From an uncultured Actinomycetes bacterium (GTDB lineage: Bacteria > Actinomycetota > Thermoleophilia > Miltoncostaeales > Miltoncostaeaceae), in assembly GCA_937871165.1 (NCBI GenBank), contig CALMXK010000149.1, positions 1 to 54,745 of the forward strand: a stretch of 54,745 bases of DNA. The letters are read 5' to 3'. Below are positions 32,459 through 42,334 of the stretch, piece by piece. Made by a program: the position numbers and the translations under genes. The notes under the pieces are model-generated. The model searched no databases. It was not told the DNA's origin and was given only the letters and a program-made list of their open reading frames with translations. Position 1 is the first letter of the stretch; every line of letters begins with the position of its first letter.

Positions 32459-33163
32459 TCAAACGTCGACCAGTGCACCCGCGATCGCGTCCATCAGCGT
32501 TTCGGGCGTCACGCCGAGCTCGCTCAAACCAGTCGTCCGCTCAGCAAGTGCCTGGCGCACCCGGGAGCGCTCAGGCGGGGTGAGATCGAGCAGGTCCGCC
32601 AGATCTCCCTCCCGCCCGCCGAGTACGCCGACCTGCAACAACACGCCGGCCGCCCGACGTACCTGGGACAACCCGACGAGCTTTCGCCCGTCGACGAGCA
32701 CCTCCCACGGCGACACGCCCGCATAACACGCCATCGCCGCAAGCGTGGGATCGTTCAGCGACCGGGCCGCCTCCGGAGCCAGCGCCGTCGCGTCATTCAC
32801 GCCGAGCGCCCTGAGCGCCGCAGCAAGCGTTTCCCCAAGCCAGCGGTACGTGGCCACCACGTCCGCCGACCACAGCCGATGTTCACGGGGAACGGCGACG
32901 TCCAGCGCAACCAGCGCATCGGTCCACAACACCGGGCCTCCGCCGGAGCCGCGGCGAACAACCTCCACCCCGGCTGCACGGCAGGCAGACTCGTCCGCCT
33001 GCACACGTGAGCCGCGACTCAGCACCAACGCCGGCTGCTCCACCTGCCACCACACGCAGGTCGGCTGCCGCAGCCCGTCAAGCAGCCCAAGACCCTCGTC
33101 GAGGGCTGACTGGGCCGTGGCGCGGCGAACACCAAGTGCGCGCCACGACCCCATGTCATCCAC
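32459..33163 (-). CDS. lipoate-protein ligase / octanoyltransferase family (BPL_LplA_LipB) protein
   Basis: VVRRGSGGGPVLWTDALVALDVAVP and GRKLVGLSQVRRAAGVLLQVGVL resemble the catalytic motifs of the lipoate/biotin ligase fold. Its start overlaps the stop of the upstream E2o-E1o gene by 1 nt. Confidence 0.65.
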   Translation of the reverse strand: MDDMGSWRALGVRRATAQSALDEGLGLLDGLRQPTCVWWQVEQPALVLSRGSRVQADESACRAAGVEVVRRGSGGGPVLWTDALVALDVAVPREHRLWSADVVATYRWLGETLAAALRALGVNDATALAPEAARSLNDPTLAAMACYAGVSPWEVLVDGRKLVGLSQVRRAAGVLLQVGVLGGREGDLADLLDLTPPERSRVRQALAERTTGLSELGVTPETLMDAIAGALVDV

Positions 33164-36100
33164 TACTCGGTGTCGGGAAGCGGGGTGCGCTCGGACGCCG
33201 GCAGGAAGGCCTCGCGGATGATCCGCTCCTGCTCCACCTTGTGCGTCTGCGGGTACCCCTCAGCCGGGCTGGAACGCGACGAGCGTCCGCAGTATCCGAG
33301 GCTGATGCCGTGCAGCAGGCTGTCGATCCGTCGGCGCAGGAACGTCCATGCGCCCATGTTGCGCGGCTCCTCCTGAACCCACGTGACCTCTTCGAGGTTG
33401 GGGTAGGCGGCGATGACCGCAGCCATCCGCTCCTTCGGGAACGGGTAGAACAGCTCGAGGCGCGCGATGGCGACCTCTTCGTTTGCACGTCCGGCCGCCG
33501 ACAGCAGGTCATGGGAGACCTTGCCCGAGCAGATGAGCAGACGCTTCACCTTGTCACGGCGACCCTCAGCGGCGGCGTCATCGATGACCGTCTGGAACTC
33601 GCCGGTCGCCAGTCCGTCCAGTGTGGCGGCCGCGGCCGGCGAACGCAGAAGGCTCTTCGGTGTGAAGATGATCAGCGGTCGCAGCTCGCTCGAAAGGCCC
33701 TGGCGCCGCAACAGATGGAAGTAGTTGTCGGCGGTCGACGGATTGGCGACGCGCATGTTGTCCTCGGCACACGCCTGCAGGAACCGCTCGATGCGTGCGG
33801 AGGAGTGCTCCGGACCGTTGCCCTCGTACCCGTGCGGCAGCAGCATGACCAAACGGCTGCGCTCGCCCCACTTCGCACGACCCGACGAGATGAACTGGTC
33901 GACCATGATTTGGCCACCGTTGGCGAAGTCGCCGTACTGGGCTTCCCACATCACCAAGGCTTCTGGCGCCAGCGTGGAGTAGCCGTACTCGAAGCCGATG
34001 ACGGCGGCCTCCGACAGCGGGCTGTTGAACACCTCGAAGCTCGCCTGCGCATCCTGCAGGTGCTTGATCGGCGTGTAGGTGGTGCCGGTGAACGGCATCC
34101 ACTGCTGCTCACTGACGTCGTGCAGGCGCAGGTGGCGCTGGCTGAACGTGCCGCGCTCGGCATCCTGGCCGGTCAGTCGAACGGGCACGCCGTCGGTCAG
34201 CAGGGACGCCAGCGCGAGCTGCTCCGCATGGCCCCACAAGATGCCCTTCCCCTCGTTGACCGCCTCTCGGCGCTTCTCGAGCTGGGGAATGAGCTTCGCG
34301 TGCACGGTGAAGTCCGACGGCCACGACAGGAGCTGCTCGTTGAGGCTGCGCAGCTTGTCGGCCGGCACCGAGGTGGTGATTGTGCTGACGCCGCTCTTCG
34401 TCGGGCTCTGATGCGGGCTCGACTGGTCGCCCTGGGCGGCCACGAGCGCGATCACCTTCTGGCGGGCCTCGGCGAACTCCGCGTTGATGGACTCTTCCAT
34501 CGTCGCCACGTCGGCCTCGGTGACCACGCCCTCGTGGATCAGCTGCTTGGCGTACACCTGGTACGGCCGCGGGTGATCCTTGATCGTCTTGGTCATCACC
34601 GGCTGCGTGTAGGCGGGCTCGTCAGCCTCGTTGTGACCGTGGCGGCGGTAGCCGACGAGGTCGATGACGATGTCGCGATGGAACTTGTTGCGGAAGGCCA
34701 CCGCCAGGCGAACCGCGGCGATGCACACCTCGACGTCGTCGGCGTTCACGTGGATGATCGGGATGTCAAAGCCCTTGGCCAGGTCGCTGGCGTAGCGCGT
34801 GGAGCGCGAGTCCTGCGGGTCGGTGGTGAAGCCGATCTGGTTGTTGGCGATGATGTGGATCGTGCCGCCGGTGGTGAAGCCGTCGAGACCGTTCAGGTTG
34901 AGCGTCTCGGCAACCACGCCCTGGCCGGGGAACGCGGCGTCGCCGTGCACCACGACCGGCACCGCGAGGCTCGGGTCGTACTTGGCGTCGCGGCCCGCGC
35001 GAATGGTCTGACGCGCGCGCGTGCCACCCTCGACCACGGCGTTGACCTGCTCCAGGTGGCTCGGGTTGGCGGCGAGGGTGATGGCGACGGGACGGCCCGC
35101 GACGGTGGTGTAGCTGCCGGTCGCGCCGAGGTGGTACTTGACGTCGCCCGCGGTGGAGATCCAGTCCTCCGGATCGGCCACCTCGGTCATTCCCTCGAAC
35201 TCGCCGAGGATGGACTCCACGGGCCGTCCGACGACGTTCGTGATGACGTTCAGGCGACCTCGGTGGGCCATGCCGATCACGATCTGGTTGGCGCCGCTTT
35301 CGGCACACAGCTCGATCGTCTCGTCGAGCATCGGCACGAGTGCGTCGACGCCTTCGATGGAGAACGTCTTCTGGCCGATGTAGGCCCGCTGCAGGAAGCG
35401 CTCGAACAGGTCGACACGCGCCATGCGCTCGAGCAACTTGACGCGCTCGTCGCGGGGCAGGCCGACGCGGATGAAGCCACTCTCGATCTCCTGGCGCAAC
35501 CAGCGGCGCTGGTCGACCGACGAGATGTGCTCAACCTGGTAGGCGATGGTGCCGCAGTAGGTGTCCTTGAGGAGGGCGAAGACATCCGCGAACGTCTGGC
35601 TGGGGAAGCCGGACTTGAAGAGGTCCGCCGGGATCTTGGCCATGGACTCCGGCGTGAGCGCCGCGGAGGGCTCGAGCGACGGGTCGCCGACCGGCGGGTA
35701 GCCGAGCGGGTCCAGGTTGGCGGCCAGGTGGCCGTATGTGCGGTGGGCCTTCAACAGGCTGATGGCTGCCGCGGCGGTGCGGAGGGTCTGATCGTCCACC
35801 GGTCCGGCGGTGGGTGTTGCCGCCGCTGCCGTGGCCGCGACCGCGGTCGAGGTGGCGAGCGTCATCGTCTTCGGGGCGTCAAGCGGCGGAACGCTGACAC
35901 CAAGGCTTGCGGCGACGTCCTCGTAGAAGCCGTCCTCACCCTGCAGGTACAGGTCGATCTGGCGAAGGAACGCGCCGCTCTCAGCGCCCTGGATGACGCG
36001 GTGGTCGTAGGTTGACGTGGCCGTCATGACCTTCTGAATGCCCAGCGCCTTGGCATCGACATGTTCGAACCCGACCGGCAGCGCGATGGAGCCGGTGGCG

Positions 36101-37407
36101 ATGATCGTTCCCTGGCCCGGCATCAGGCGCGGCACCGAAGCGACCGTGCCGAATCCGCCGGGGTTGGTGAGGCTGACGTAGGAGTTGCGAAGCTCGTCCG
36201 GCGAGACGTTGCCCGAGCGGGTGCGCTTCACCAGGTCGTCGTAGTGGTCGACGAAGCCCTTGAAGCCAAGCGTCTGGGCGTTCGAGACGACCGGCACCAG
36301 GAGCGACCGGCTGCCGTCGCGGCGCTCGACGTCGACGGCCAGGCCGATGTTCACGCTGTCGCGCACGACCTTGTGCGGCTTGCCGTCGATCTCCTCGAAC
36401 GCGGTCGCCATGACCGGGAACGCCTCGACCGACTTGACGATGGCCCATGCGACCAGGTGCGTGAAGGAGAGCTTGCCGCCGTCGATCGCCTTCAACGCGC
36501 CGTTCAACTGGGCGCGGCGCGTGTCGAGGATGCCGACCGGGATGGTGCGGAACGTCGTTGCCGTGGGAATCGAACGGCTGTCGTCCATGTAGCGGGCGAG
36601 GGCTGCGGGCGGTCCGACGAGCTTGACGCGCTCCTCGGAGCCTGCGGCGGCGGTGCCGGCGTTGGCGACGTCGTCGGCTTCGATACGCCCACGCGGGCCG
36701 GTGCCGGTCACGGTGTTCAGGTCGACGCCGGCTTCCGCGGCGGCGCGGCGCGCCATCGGCGACGCCAGTCCTCCACCCGCGGCGGCCTCTGCGCGCGCCG
36801 GAGCCGCTGCCGATGATGCCGCCGGTGCGGGAGCCGCACTTCCGGCGGCAGCGGTCGCGCCTTCAGCCAGGCGTGCGAGGAGTCCACCGACCTCGATGGT
36901 GTCGCCCGGCTGGGCGACGATCTCCGTCAACACACCCGCGGCCGGTGAGGGAACGCGCAGGTCCGCTTTGTCGCTCGTGATCTCCGCGATCTCTTCATCG
37001 AGCGCGACCGCGTCGCCTGGCTGCTTCAGCCATTCGACGATCGTCGCCTCGGTGACCGACTCGCCAAGGCTCGGGAGCACCACATCGACCACCGGCGCAT
37101 CTGCGGCCGGCGTCGGAGCAGGGCCGGAACCGTTCGGCGACGGTGCCGCGACGGTCGCGCCGACCGGCGCGAGCGTGCAGAGCGTGCCGCCGATGTCGAG
37201 CGTGTCGCCCGGCTGCGCGACGATCTCTGCGATCACACCGGCCTGCGGCGAGGGGATGCGCAGGTCGGCTTTGTCGCTCGTCACTTCGACGATCTCCTCA
37301 TCGAGGGCGACCGTGTCGCCAGGCTGCTTCAGCCACTCGACCACCGTCGCCTCGGTGACGGACTCCCCGAGGCTCGGGAGGGGGACGGGAATATTGGATT
37401 CAGACAC
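33163..37407 (-). CDS. odhA: fused 2-oxoglutarate dehydrogenase E2o-E1o: 2 lipoyl domains + E3-binding domain + succinyltransferase + ThDP-dependent E1o (OdhA/Kgd-like)
   Basis: Two copies of LPSLGESVTEATxVEWLKQPGD...TSDKADLRxPSP. PSBD segment ASPMARRAAAEAGVDLNTVTGTGPRGRI. Acyltransferase motif STYDHRVIQGAESGAFL. Then an E1o body (AHRTYGHLAANLDPLG, MAHRGRLNV, HGDAAFPGQGVV, LPHGYEGNGPEHSS). Confidence 0.9.
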   Translation of the reverse strand: MSESNIPVPLPSLGESVTEATVVEWLKQPGDTVALDEEIVEVTSDKADLRIPSPQAGVIAEIVAQPGDTLDIGGTLCTLAPVGATVAAPSPNGSGPAPTPAADAPVVDVVLPSLGESVTEATIVEWLKQPGDAVALDEEIAEITSDKADLRVPSPAAGVLTEIVAQPGDTIEVGGLLARLAEGATAAAGSAAPAPAASSAAAPARAEAAAGGGLASPMARRAAAEAGVDLNTVTGTGPRGRIEADDVANAGTAAAGSEERVKLVGPPAALARYMDDSRSIPTATTFRTIPVGILDTRRAQLNGALKAIDGGKLSFTHLVAWAIVKSVEAFPVMATAFEEIDGKPHKVVRDSVNIGLAVDVERRDGSRSLLVPVVSNAQTLGFKGFVDHYDDLVKRTRSGNVSPDELRNSYVSLTNPGGFGTVASVPRLMPGQGTIIATGSIALPVGFEHVDAKALGIQKVMTATSTYDHRVIQGAESGAFLRQIDLYLQGEDGFYEDVAASLGVSVPPLDAPKTMTLATSTAVAATAAAATPTAGPVDDQTLRTAAAAISLLKAHRTYGHLAANLDPLGYPPVGDPSLEPSAALTPESMAKIPADLFKSGFPSQTFADVFALLKDTYCGTIAYQVEHISSVDQRRWLRQEIESGFIRVGLPRDERVKLLERMARVDLFERFLQRAYIGQKTFSIEGVDALVPMLDETIELCAESGANQIVIGMAHRGRLNVITNVVGRPVESILGEFEGMTEVADPEDWISTAGDVKYHLGATGSYTTVAGRPVAITLAANPSHLEQVNAVVEGGTRARQTIRAGRDAKYDPSLAVPVVVHGDAAFPGQGVVAETLNLNGLDGFTTGGTIHIIANNQIGFTTDPQDSRSTRYASDLAKGFDIPIIHVNADDVEVCIAAVRLAVAFRNKFHRDIVIDLVGYRRHGHNEADEPAYTQPVMTKTIKDHPRPYQVYAKQLIHEGVVTEADVATMEESINAEFAEARQKVIALVAAQGDQSSPHQSPTKSGVSTITTSVPADKLRSLNEQLLSWPSDFTVHAKLIPQLEKRREAVNEGKGILWGHAEQLALASLLTDGVPVRLTGQDAERGTFSQRHLRLHDVSEQQWMPFTGTTYTPIKHLQDAQASFEVFNSPLSEAAVIGFEYGYSTLAPEALVMWEAQYGDFANGGQIMVDQFISSGRAKWGERSRLVMLLPHGYEGNGPEHSSARIERFLQACAEDNMRVANPSTADNYFHLLRRQGLSSELRPLIIFTPKSLLRSPAAAATLDGLATGEFQTVIDDAAAEGRRDKVKRLLICSGKVSHDLLSAAGRANEEVAIARLELFYPFPKERMAAVIAAYPNLEEVTWVQEEPRNMGAWTFLRRRIDSLLHGISLGYCGRSSRSSPAEGYPQTHKVEQERIIREAFLPASERTPLPDTE

Positions 37408-37526
37408 GGATGTGCTCGTGGTTCGGATTCTTGGGCGTACGAGACCGCTCGGCCTAGGCCGACATTTTCGCCCCGTAACTTATCGCGCCTGCTATCGGTA
37501 GGACGGCGTTCGGTCTTGACCGGACG

Positions 37527-39608
37527 TCATCGGGCAAGTTGTGACGGCCACCAGGTGCGTTTGTCCAGATCGAGCACCCCGGCAGGAACGAGAATTGAGC
37601 GAACGATGAGCGTGTCGAGCAGAACGCCGAACGCCACGATGAAGCCGATTTCGGCGAGTGCGACCAGGGGGAGCACTCCGAGCACGGCAAATGTGCCGGC
37701 CAGGACGATGCCTGCGGACGTGATGACCGACCCGGTCGCAGCCAGGCCGCGGAGCGTGCCCTCACGTGTCCCATGGCGCTCGGACTCCTCGCGCACCCGG
37801 GCCATCAGGAAGATGTTGTAGTCCACGCCCAGGGCAACCAGGAAGATGAATCCGAACAGCGGGAATGACGGGTCGACACCCGGGAACCCGGCGATGTGTT
37901 CGAACACCAAGATTGCGACACCGAGCGCGGCGAAGTAGCTGAGGATCACCGTTGCGATCAGCAGGACCGGCGCAACGATCGATCGCAGCAGCAGCATGAG
38001 GATCACGAAGATGACCGCGAGCACGATCGGTGGCAACAACAGGCTGTCGCGGGCCGACGCGGTGCGCAGGTCGTACTCGACGGCGCTCGGTCCGCCGACG
38101 TACGCGGCGCCGGGACCGACGGCCTTCGTGACCGACGTGCGCATGTCGGCGATGGTGTCGTAGGCCTCCTGGGAGTAGGGGTCCGGCTTCAGGACGACGT
38201 CGATCTTCGTGCCCGGCGTTCCAACCTCGGTGCGTCCGAATGCCGCGACACCCGGGACCGCCTGGATGGCACGTCGGACCGCGGCAACCTTTGCGGCGTC
38301 GGGCACGACGACGACGGTCGGCGCGCTCGATCCCGCGGGGAATGCCGTTCCGATGAGCTCGGCCGCGTCCACCGATTCGATCTCGCCGATGAAGCCGTTG
38401 GAGGACGTGAGCCCGTCGTTGTACTGCACCGTGCCGGCGGCCATGGCAAGCAGGGCGATCGTGACGACCACCCAGACCGGACGCGGCCGACGGGCGATCC
38501 ATTCGCCGATCCGGCGAAACGGGCCGCGGACCGCGAGGGGCGCGCCGTCGGGATCGACGCGGGGAACGAGCGGCCAGAACACCCAGCGGCCGCAGATGAC
38601 GAGTAAGACGGGAAGCAGGGTCAGCATGGCGATGGCTGCGATCACGACGCCCATCGCGCCGATGATGCCGAGCCCCTGGGTGCCGTTGACCTGTGCGAGC
38701 GCCAGACACAACAGCCCGAGCACGACGGTACCGGCTGAGGCGACGATGGCCGGCCCGGCCTGAGTCAGCGCGACGCGCATCGCCTCGTGGCGGTCCTCGA
38801 AGTGATGGAGCTCTTCGCGGTAGCGCGAGACGAGCAGCAGTGCGTAGTCGGTGCCCGCGCCGAACACCAGAACCAACAAGATTCCCGCGGACTGGCCGTT
38901 GACCGTCAACCCGGCTTGGGTCAACAGGTACCCGACCGCGCGGACCGTGGCCTCGGCACCGAACACCGACAGCAACGGGATCAGCCAGAAGATGGGGCTG
39001 CGGTAGATCAGGATCAACAGCACGAACACCAAAAGGCCCGTGGCGATGAGCAGGGTTCCGTTGATGTTCGCGAAGACTTCGACGGCGTCGGATGAGAATC
39101 CGAGCGGTCCGCCGAGCTTGACCGTGAGACCCGCAGGGAGCCCGTCCACGGCGGTGCGAAGGGCGTCCGCGGCGTCAAGCAGTTTGTCGCTGTCGCCACT
39201 CGCCAGATACGGGACGACAAGCAGGGCGGCGGTGCCGTCCTGCGATGTGACCGGCGCCAGCGGCGTGCCGGCGTTGACCGGCGGGTTGTCCGTGATGCGT
39301 TTGGCCGCCGCGGCGATGGCGGTGTTGTCGGTGGCGGTCAATCCGCCCGATCGCGCGAAGACGATGACCGCCGGGACCTGTTCCCCTGACGGGAACTGCT
39401 TCTCGAGCTGCGTCACCATCAGCGAGTCGGTGCCGTCCGGCAGGAAACTCGTCGATTCGTTCTTCTGCGCGCTCTCGAACTTGGCGCCCAAGGGGCCACC
39501 GGCGACGATGACGACGAGCCAGGCGATGAAGACGATCCACTTGCCGCGCCGAGCGGCGGGGAAGGCGAGAAGACGACGCAACGGGGCTCCTGACGGTGGA
39601 ACGTGCAC
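37527..39608 (-). CDS. MMPL-family (RND superfamily) membrane transporter
   Basis: Twelve-helix, two-lobe architecture with LFGAGTDYALLLVSRYREEL and FLVALGVDYNIFLMARVREE motifs. The maximal ORF (to 39809) would overlap the upstream MFS gene by 77 nt, so I prefer an internal GTG near 39608. Confidence 0.8.
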   Translation of the reverse strand: MHVPPSGAPLRRLLAFPAARRGKWIVFIAWLVVIVAGGPLGAKFESAQKNESTSFLPDGTDSLMVTQLEKQFPSGEQVPAVIVFARSGGLTATDNTAIAAAAKRITDNPPVNAGTPLAPVTSQDGTAALLVVPYLASGDSDKLLDAADALRTAVDGLPAGLTVKLGGPLGFSSDAVEVFANINGTLLIATGLLVFVLLILIYRSPIFWLIPLLSVFGAEATVRAVGYLLTQAGLTVNGQSAGILLVLVFGAGTDYALLLVSRYREELHHFEDRHEAMRVALTQAGPAIVASAGTVVLGLLCLALAQVNGTQGLGIIGAMGVVIAAIAMLTLLPVLLVICGRWVFWPLVPRVDPDGAPLAVRGPFRRIGEWIARRPRPVWVVVTIALLAMAAGTVQYNDGLTSSNGFIGEIESVDAAELIGTAFPAGSSAPTVVVVPDAAKVAAVRRAIQAVPGVAAFGRTEVGTPGTKIDVVLKPDPYSQEAYDTIADMRTSVTKAVGPGAAYVGGPSAVEYDLRTASARDSLLLPPIVLAVIFVILMLLLRSIVAPVLLIATVILSYFAALGVAILVFEHIAGFPGVDPSFPLFGFIFLVALGVDYNIFLMARVREESERHGTREGTLRGLAATGSVITSAGIVLAGTFAVLGVLPLVALAEIGFIVAFGVLLDTLIVRSILVPAGVLDLDKRTWWPSQLAR

Positions 39609-39732
39609 CGGCACGATCGGTGATGCCGGCAACGCTTCGGCGGAGGTTAGTGATCGGGTCGGCCGAACGTTTGCGTCGTTCCGGCACCGACCGACGACAC
39701 GCCGCACAGGACGCGTCGTCGGTCGCGTGCAC

Positions 39733-41181
39733 TCAGCCCATGTGGACCGCGCCACCCTCCTTGCCTGCTTCGGCAAGTTCCGGTCCGCGAAGGACGGTGA
39801 ACACGACAAGCAGCGACAGCGCGGCGAATCCGGCGGCCACCCACATCGACCCGCCGAACCCGTCGCTCAGTCGCTGGCGGATGTCGGCCGGTGGCTTCAG
39901 TGGATCGAAGGTGCCGGTGATGGCGCTCGCAACGGTGGACAGGATCGCGATGCCGAAGGCGCCGCCGATCTGCTGGGACGTGTTGATCAGTCCCGACGCC
40001 AGACCTGCGTTGGCCGGCTCGACGCCGACGAGCGCCGCGATCGAGACCGGCACGAAACAGAAGCCGAGTCCGATACCGATCGTCATGAAGCCCGGAAAGA
40101 GCATCGGCCAATACGTGCTGTCCGTCGCGATCTGCGTCAGCCAGATCAGTCCGCCGCCCAGGAGGGTCATCCCGATGATCAGGGCGGTACGGATGCCGAT
40201 CTTGGTGACGAGCGCCTGCGCGGCACCGGATGCGACGATCGCGGTGAGCGCGATGGCGAGGTACGCCACGCCCGTCTCGATCGGCTTGTAGCCGAGCACC
40301 TGCTGCATGTAGAGCGACAACAACAGAAAGATGCCGCTGACGATCGTTCCGAGGCCGAAGCCGACCAGATTCGAACCGGTCGCCACCTTGTGCTTGCCGA
40401 AGAACGCCAGTGGCACCAGCGGATGCTTCGAGCGCTTCTCGACCACGTAGAAGGCCAGGTGCAGGATCACCGACAGGGCGATCAGACCCACGGTCTGCAC
40501 GCTCCACCAGCCGGCCTTCTCAGCTTGGGTCAGGGCGTAGACGAGCACCATCAACGCGGACGTGATCAAGAATGCGCCGGACGCGTCGAAGTGGCGGTGC
40601 TCACTGTCGGTGCGGCTCTCCTCCACGAACATGAACGTCATGACCAGCGTGACCAGTGCGATCGGAATGTTGATGAAGAAGCACCAGCGCCAGTCGGCTT
40701 TCTCGGTGAGCACGCCGCCCACGATCAGTCCGATGGCCGCGCCCGAGCCGGCGACGGCTCCCAGGATTCCGAGCGCCTTGTTTCGCTCAGCACCCTCTTT
40801 GAACGTCACGGACACGATGGAGAACACCGACGGCGAGAGCATCGCGGCGGCCACGCCCTGCAGGATGCGTGCCGTGATCAACATGCCCGGAGATGTGGCG
40901 ACCCCGCAAAGGAGCGAGAAGCCCGCGAACGAGATCAGGCCGGCGATGAACAGTTTGCGACGACCGAGGATGTCGCCCATGCGTCCACCGAGCAGCAGGA
41001 AGCCACCGAAGGTGAGGGCGTACCCGGACAGGATCCACTGCAGGTTCGATTGATCGAACTTCAGGTCCGTGCGGATGTCGTTGAGGGCGACGTTCACGAT
41101 CGACACGTCAAGGACGACCATCAGGTACGACACGCTGAGTACGGCCAGCGCCATCCATCGGCGGTTCTGTGTAGTGGACAA
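39733..41181 (-). CDS. MFS transporter, 14-TMS DHA2 (EmrB/QacA)-like
   Basis: RRWMALAVLSVSYLMVVLDVSIVNVAL ... LGGRMGDILGRRKLF motif; about 14 hydrophobic segments. Confidence 0.85.
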   Translation of the reverse strand: MSTTQNRRWMALAVLSVSYLMVVLDVSIVNVALNDIRTDLKFDQSNLQWILSGYALTFGGFLLLGGRMGDILGRRKLFIAGLISFAGFSLLCGVATSPGMLITARILQGVAAAMLSPSVFSIVSVTFKEGAERNKALGILGAVAGSGAAIGLIVGGVLTEKADWRWCFFINIPIALVTLVMTFMFVEESRTDSEHRHFDASGAFLITSALMVLVYALTQAEKAGWWSVQTVGLIALSVILHLAFYVVEKRSKHPLVPLAFFGKHKVATGSNLVGFGLGTIVSGIFLLLSLYMQQVLGYKPIETGVAYLAIALTAIVASGAAQALVTKIGIRTALIIGMTLLGGGLIWLTQIATDSTYWPMLFPGFMTIGIGLGFCFVPVSIAALVGVEPANAGLASGLINTSQQIGGAFGIAILSTVASAITGTFDPLKPPADIRQRLSDGFGGSMWVAAGFAALSLLVVFTVLRGPELAEAGKEGGAVHMG

Positions 41182-41297
41182 ACTCGACTCCTCGGGGGCG
41201 GATCGACTGTGCAGACCGTGAGCACGCTACTCACTCGGGCCTCGACCAAGCCCGCCATTCCCCGTGAAATGGTTGGCGTGTTCCCAGTAGGTCCGGG

Positions 41298-41888
41298 CTA
41301 GTGGTGCTCGCCCACCGCGCGCAGGAATGCGGGACGCGAACCGATCGTGGCGAGCAGGTGCTCGATCTTGGGCCAGCGACCGAGGTTCAGCGGCAGCTCC
41401 GGCAGATGGACGAGTCGGCCCATGGCGGCGCAGTCGGCGATGGAGAACGAGCCGGTGCAGGTGCCGTTGGTGTCGATCAAGTCGCTGAAGCCGTCGAGCG
41501 CCACCGCCAGCTCATCCGTCAACGCGGCAGGCACCGGCCCTGCCGCAGCTGCCGACTCCACCGGCCAGAGCGCGCTTCGCACCTGCAGGCTGAGCGCATC
41601 CATGCGCTCATCGACACGTGCACGGGCGCGAGGCCCTCGTGGATACAGGTCGCTGCGTCCGGCGCGATCGGCGAGGTAGCGCAGGATGGTGTTGGACTCT
41701 GTGAGGACAAAGTCGCCGTCGTCGAGGACGGGCACCAAGCCGAATGGACTCGACGATCCCTCGCGTCCGTCGCGCTCGGAGCCCATCGCGGTCGGGACCG
41801 ACTCCCACGGTTCGCCGATCTCTTCCAACAAGAAGCGCACCTTCAACGCATTGGTCGAGTCGTGGTGGTCGTGCAGGCGCAGCGCCAT
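41298..41888 (-). CDS. glutathione S-transferase family protein
   Basis: Thioredoxin-like N-domain with VPVLDDGDFVLTESNTILRYLA (the GST G-site ES motif) plus a helical C-domain. Confidence 0.75.
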   Translation of the reverse strand: MALRLHDHHDSTNALKVRFLLEEIGEPWESVPTAMGSERDGREGSSSPFGLVPVLDDGDFVLTESNTILRYLADRAGRSDLYPRGPRARARVDERMDALSLQVRSALWPVESAAAAGPVPAALTDELAVALDGFSDLIDTNGTCTGSFSIADCAAMGRLVHLPELPLNLGRWPKIEHLLATIGSRPAFLRAVGEHH

Positions 41889-42298
41889 CAGCGTGTGAAC
41901 TCGTATGACAGTGAGATGCGGTGCGTGCCGTCGTCGTCGACCGCGATGGCGCCTCGTCCGCAGATCCCGGTGAGCTCATGCGTGCCACTCGTCGGAACGA
42001 TCACGAGCATGTGGTCTTCATCGCGCAGCGCGCCATGGTCGACCGTGTTGATGTGGGCGAACAGGAACGTGCCCTCCAAACCGTTCACGGCGCCCTCGAA
42101 ACTCTCCATCGCCACGTACGTGCCTGTGCTGGTGGCGTGGTTGAACGCGCCGGTGAACTCGGTGAGCGCGCGACCCTCGATCTGCCCGTCGAAGGTCTTG
42201 ACCATGTGACTGTGGGTGATGGCGAGCCCGGCTCGAATGTTCGGTGGCCCGCCGATGTGTGTCATGTGAGACACCGTGAACGTCGCGTGCGCTTCCAT
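41888..42298 (-). CDS. DUF3224-like protein
   Basis: 136-aa beta-rich protein (FxGxxEG...GTYVAMExFxG...GTFxF pattern) recalled as DUF3224. 1-nt overlap with the GST gene. Confidence 0.55.
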   Translation of the reverse strand: MEAHATFTVSHMTHIGGPPNIRAGLAITHSHMVKTFDGQIEGRALTEFTGAFNHATSTGTYVAMESFEGAVNGLEGTFLFAHINTVDHGALRDEDHMLVIVPTSGTHELTGICGRGAIAVDDDGTHRISLSYEFTR

Positions 42299-42334
42299 AC
42301 GTGGAAACCTACTCGCGACAACCGATGATGCGAA

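Noticed and set aside
33007-36015. Very long ORFs antisense to recognised genes. Examples: 33007..36015 (+, 1002 aa), 39040..41301 (+), 25775..27640 (+), 4739..6616 (+), 48528..50345 (+), 1943..3769 (-), 13163..14884 (-), 43079..44371 (+), 37762..38709 (-).
   Set aside because: These are typical shadow ORFs of GC-rich DNA. Their translations are Arg/Gly/Pro/His-rich low-complexity strings with no recognisable motifs. In each case the opposite strand or another frame encodes a clearly conserved protein (odhA, MFS, gltB, dhaM, glgA, the CrtI-like gene, glpK and so on).
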